Source: a virus
Lineage: Duplodnaviria; Caudoviricetes
Length of the DNA stretch: 35,207 bases
Reading direction: 5' to 3' (one strand)
Virus record (IMG/VR): IMGVR_UViG_3300025639_000010
Coordinates: 1 to 35,207 of that record
Shown here: piece by piece, positions 34,046-35,207 of the stretch
Position numbering within the stretch: position 1 is the stretch's first letter
How the letters are laid out: every line of letters starts with the position of its first letter
Made by a program: the position numbers and the translations under genes
The notes under the pieces: generated by a model
What the model was told of the DNA's origin: nothing
Databases searched by the model: none
Seen by the model: the letters and a program-made list of their open reading frames with translations, nothing else

Positions 34046-35207
34046 ATGAGTAAAAAGAACCCTTTAGAGTCGTTTAAGAACTTCCTATGGTTAACATGGG
34101 ATCACCTTAACCTGCCTAACCCCACACCTGTACAGTATGACATAGCCGAGTATTTACAATACGGCCCTAGGAGGGCTGTCATTGAGGCCTTCAGGGGAGT
34201 AGGAAAGAGCTATATTACCTCTGCATTCGCTTGTCATCAGCTACTGTTAAACCCAGAGATGAAGATACTGGTTGTTAGTGCAAGTAAGGTTAGAGCCGAT
34301 GATTTCAGTACGTTTACTCAGCGGCTCATACATGATATGCCCTTACTCCAACACTTGATCCCTAGGGATGGTCAGAGGCAATCTAAAATATCCTTTGATG
34401 TTGCTCCTGCTACTCCTTCTCATAGCCCTAGTGTGAAGTCTGTTGGGATTACAGGGCAGCTTGCAGGATCAAGGGCTGATCTGATTATCGCAGATGACAT
34501 TGAGATTCCTAATAACTCAGCCACACAGGTCATGAGGGATAAGTTATCGGAGTCTGTTAAGGAATTTGATGCGATCTTAAAGCCTGATGGGAGAGTGATC
34601 TACTTAGGAACACCTCAGACCGAGATGTCGTTGTATGAAGAGCTACCGAACAGAGGGTATGTCACCCGAATATGGACTGCTAGGTACCCTGAGGAGGCCC
34701 TGAGGGAACGATTAGGAGAGAGGTTAGCCCCTAAGTTAAGAGAGGGAGAAGGGAAGGTGATGGAGCCTACAGACCCCCTGAGGTTCGATGATGATGACTT
34801 GATCGAAAGGGAACTATCTTACGGACGCTCAGGTTTCTCGTTACAGTTCATGCTTGATACTTCCCTTTCCGATATTAACAAGTACCCTTTGAAGTTATCT
34901 GACTTGGTAGTAGCTCAGGTAGATAACGAAAAGGCCCCTGAGAGAGTCATTAAGAGTCGTGATGAAGCTGTAGATGTCCCTAACCTAGGGTTAAGAGGGG
35001 ATAAGCTCTGGATGGCAGAGAACATAGGGGATTGGATTGAGTATAGCGGTTCAGTCATGGCTATTGATCCCTCTGGACGGGGTAAGGATGAGACATCATA
35101 TTGTATCATCAAGATGCTTAATGGGTTCCTATGGGTTGCTGACATAGGAGGCATACAGGAAGGTGGGTATGAAGAATCTACATTAGAGAAGTTAGCGTAT
35201 TTAGCTA
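34046..35207 (+). CDS. terminase large subunit (gp19-like), truncated at window end
   Basis: MSKKNPLESFKNFL..PTPVQYDIA, AFRGVGKS, GSRADLIIADD, LGTPQTE, IDPSGRGKDET. Confidence 0.96.
   Translation, partial: MSKKNPLESFKNFLWLTWDHLNLPNPTPVQYDIAEYLQYGPRRAVIEAFRGVGKSYITSAFACHQLLLNPEMKILVVSASKVRADDFSTFTQRLIHDMPLLQHLIPRDGQRQSKISFDVAPATPSHSPSVKSVGITGQLAGSRADLIIADDIEIPNNSATQVMRDKLSESVKEFDAILKPDGRVIYLGTPQTEMSLYEELPNRGYVTRIWTARYPEEALRERLGERLAPKLREGEGKVMEPTDPLRFDDDDLIERELSYGRSGFSLQFMLDTSLSDINKYPLKLSDLVVAQVDNEKAPERVIKSRDEAVDVPNLGLRGDKLWMAENIGDWIEYSGSVMAIDPSGRGKDETSYCIIKMLNGFLWVADIGGIQEGGYEESTLEKLAYLA

Noticed and set aside
782-35154. Other minus-strand and alternate-frame ORFs in the track
   Set aside because: They overlap well-supported + strand genes, have no recognisable motifs, and T7-like genomes are unidirectional.

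Overview
This window is most of the genome of a T7-like podovirus (Autographiviridae-type), probably infecting an aquatic gammaproteobacterium (inferred from CsrA, sigma54, NtrC, Fur, IHF, DnaA and parS motifs). All credible genes are on the + strand. From left to right it holds a non-coding leader, small early genes, single-subunit RNA polymerase, a replication and nucleotide-metabolism module (SSB, primase-helicase, DNA polymerase A, RusA, MazG-like, DUF3310, thioredoxin, exonuclease, NrdA, ThyX, NrdB), portal, scaffold, capsid, tail tubular A/B, two collagen-like fibres, holin-like, HNH, TerS and a truncated TerL. The most unusual signals are non-coding. (1) A 20-bp near-palindrome, GTTTRG(A/C)TTGCAA(G/T)CCAAAC, occurs 17 times with spacing that widens almost geometrically away from the left end, and it is also carried in-frame inside genes, including RNAP. 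(2) The first ~770 bp are densely packed with consensus sites for unrelated host DNA-binding proteins (parS, five sigma54 sites, NtrC, five DnaA boxes, Fur, IHF). (3) CsrA/RsmA-type ANGGAN hairpins recur between early genes. Together these suggest an undescribed cis-acting system tied to genome entry or host-protein recruitment. Assignments rest on motifs read by eye; no database searches were run.
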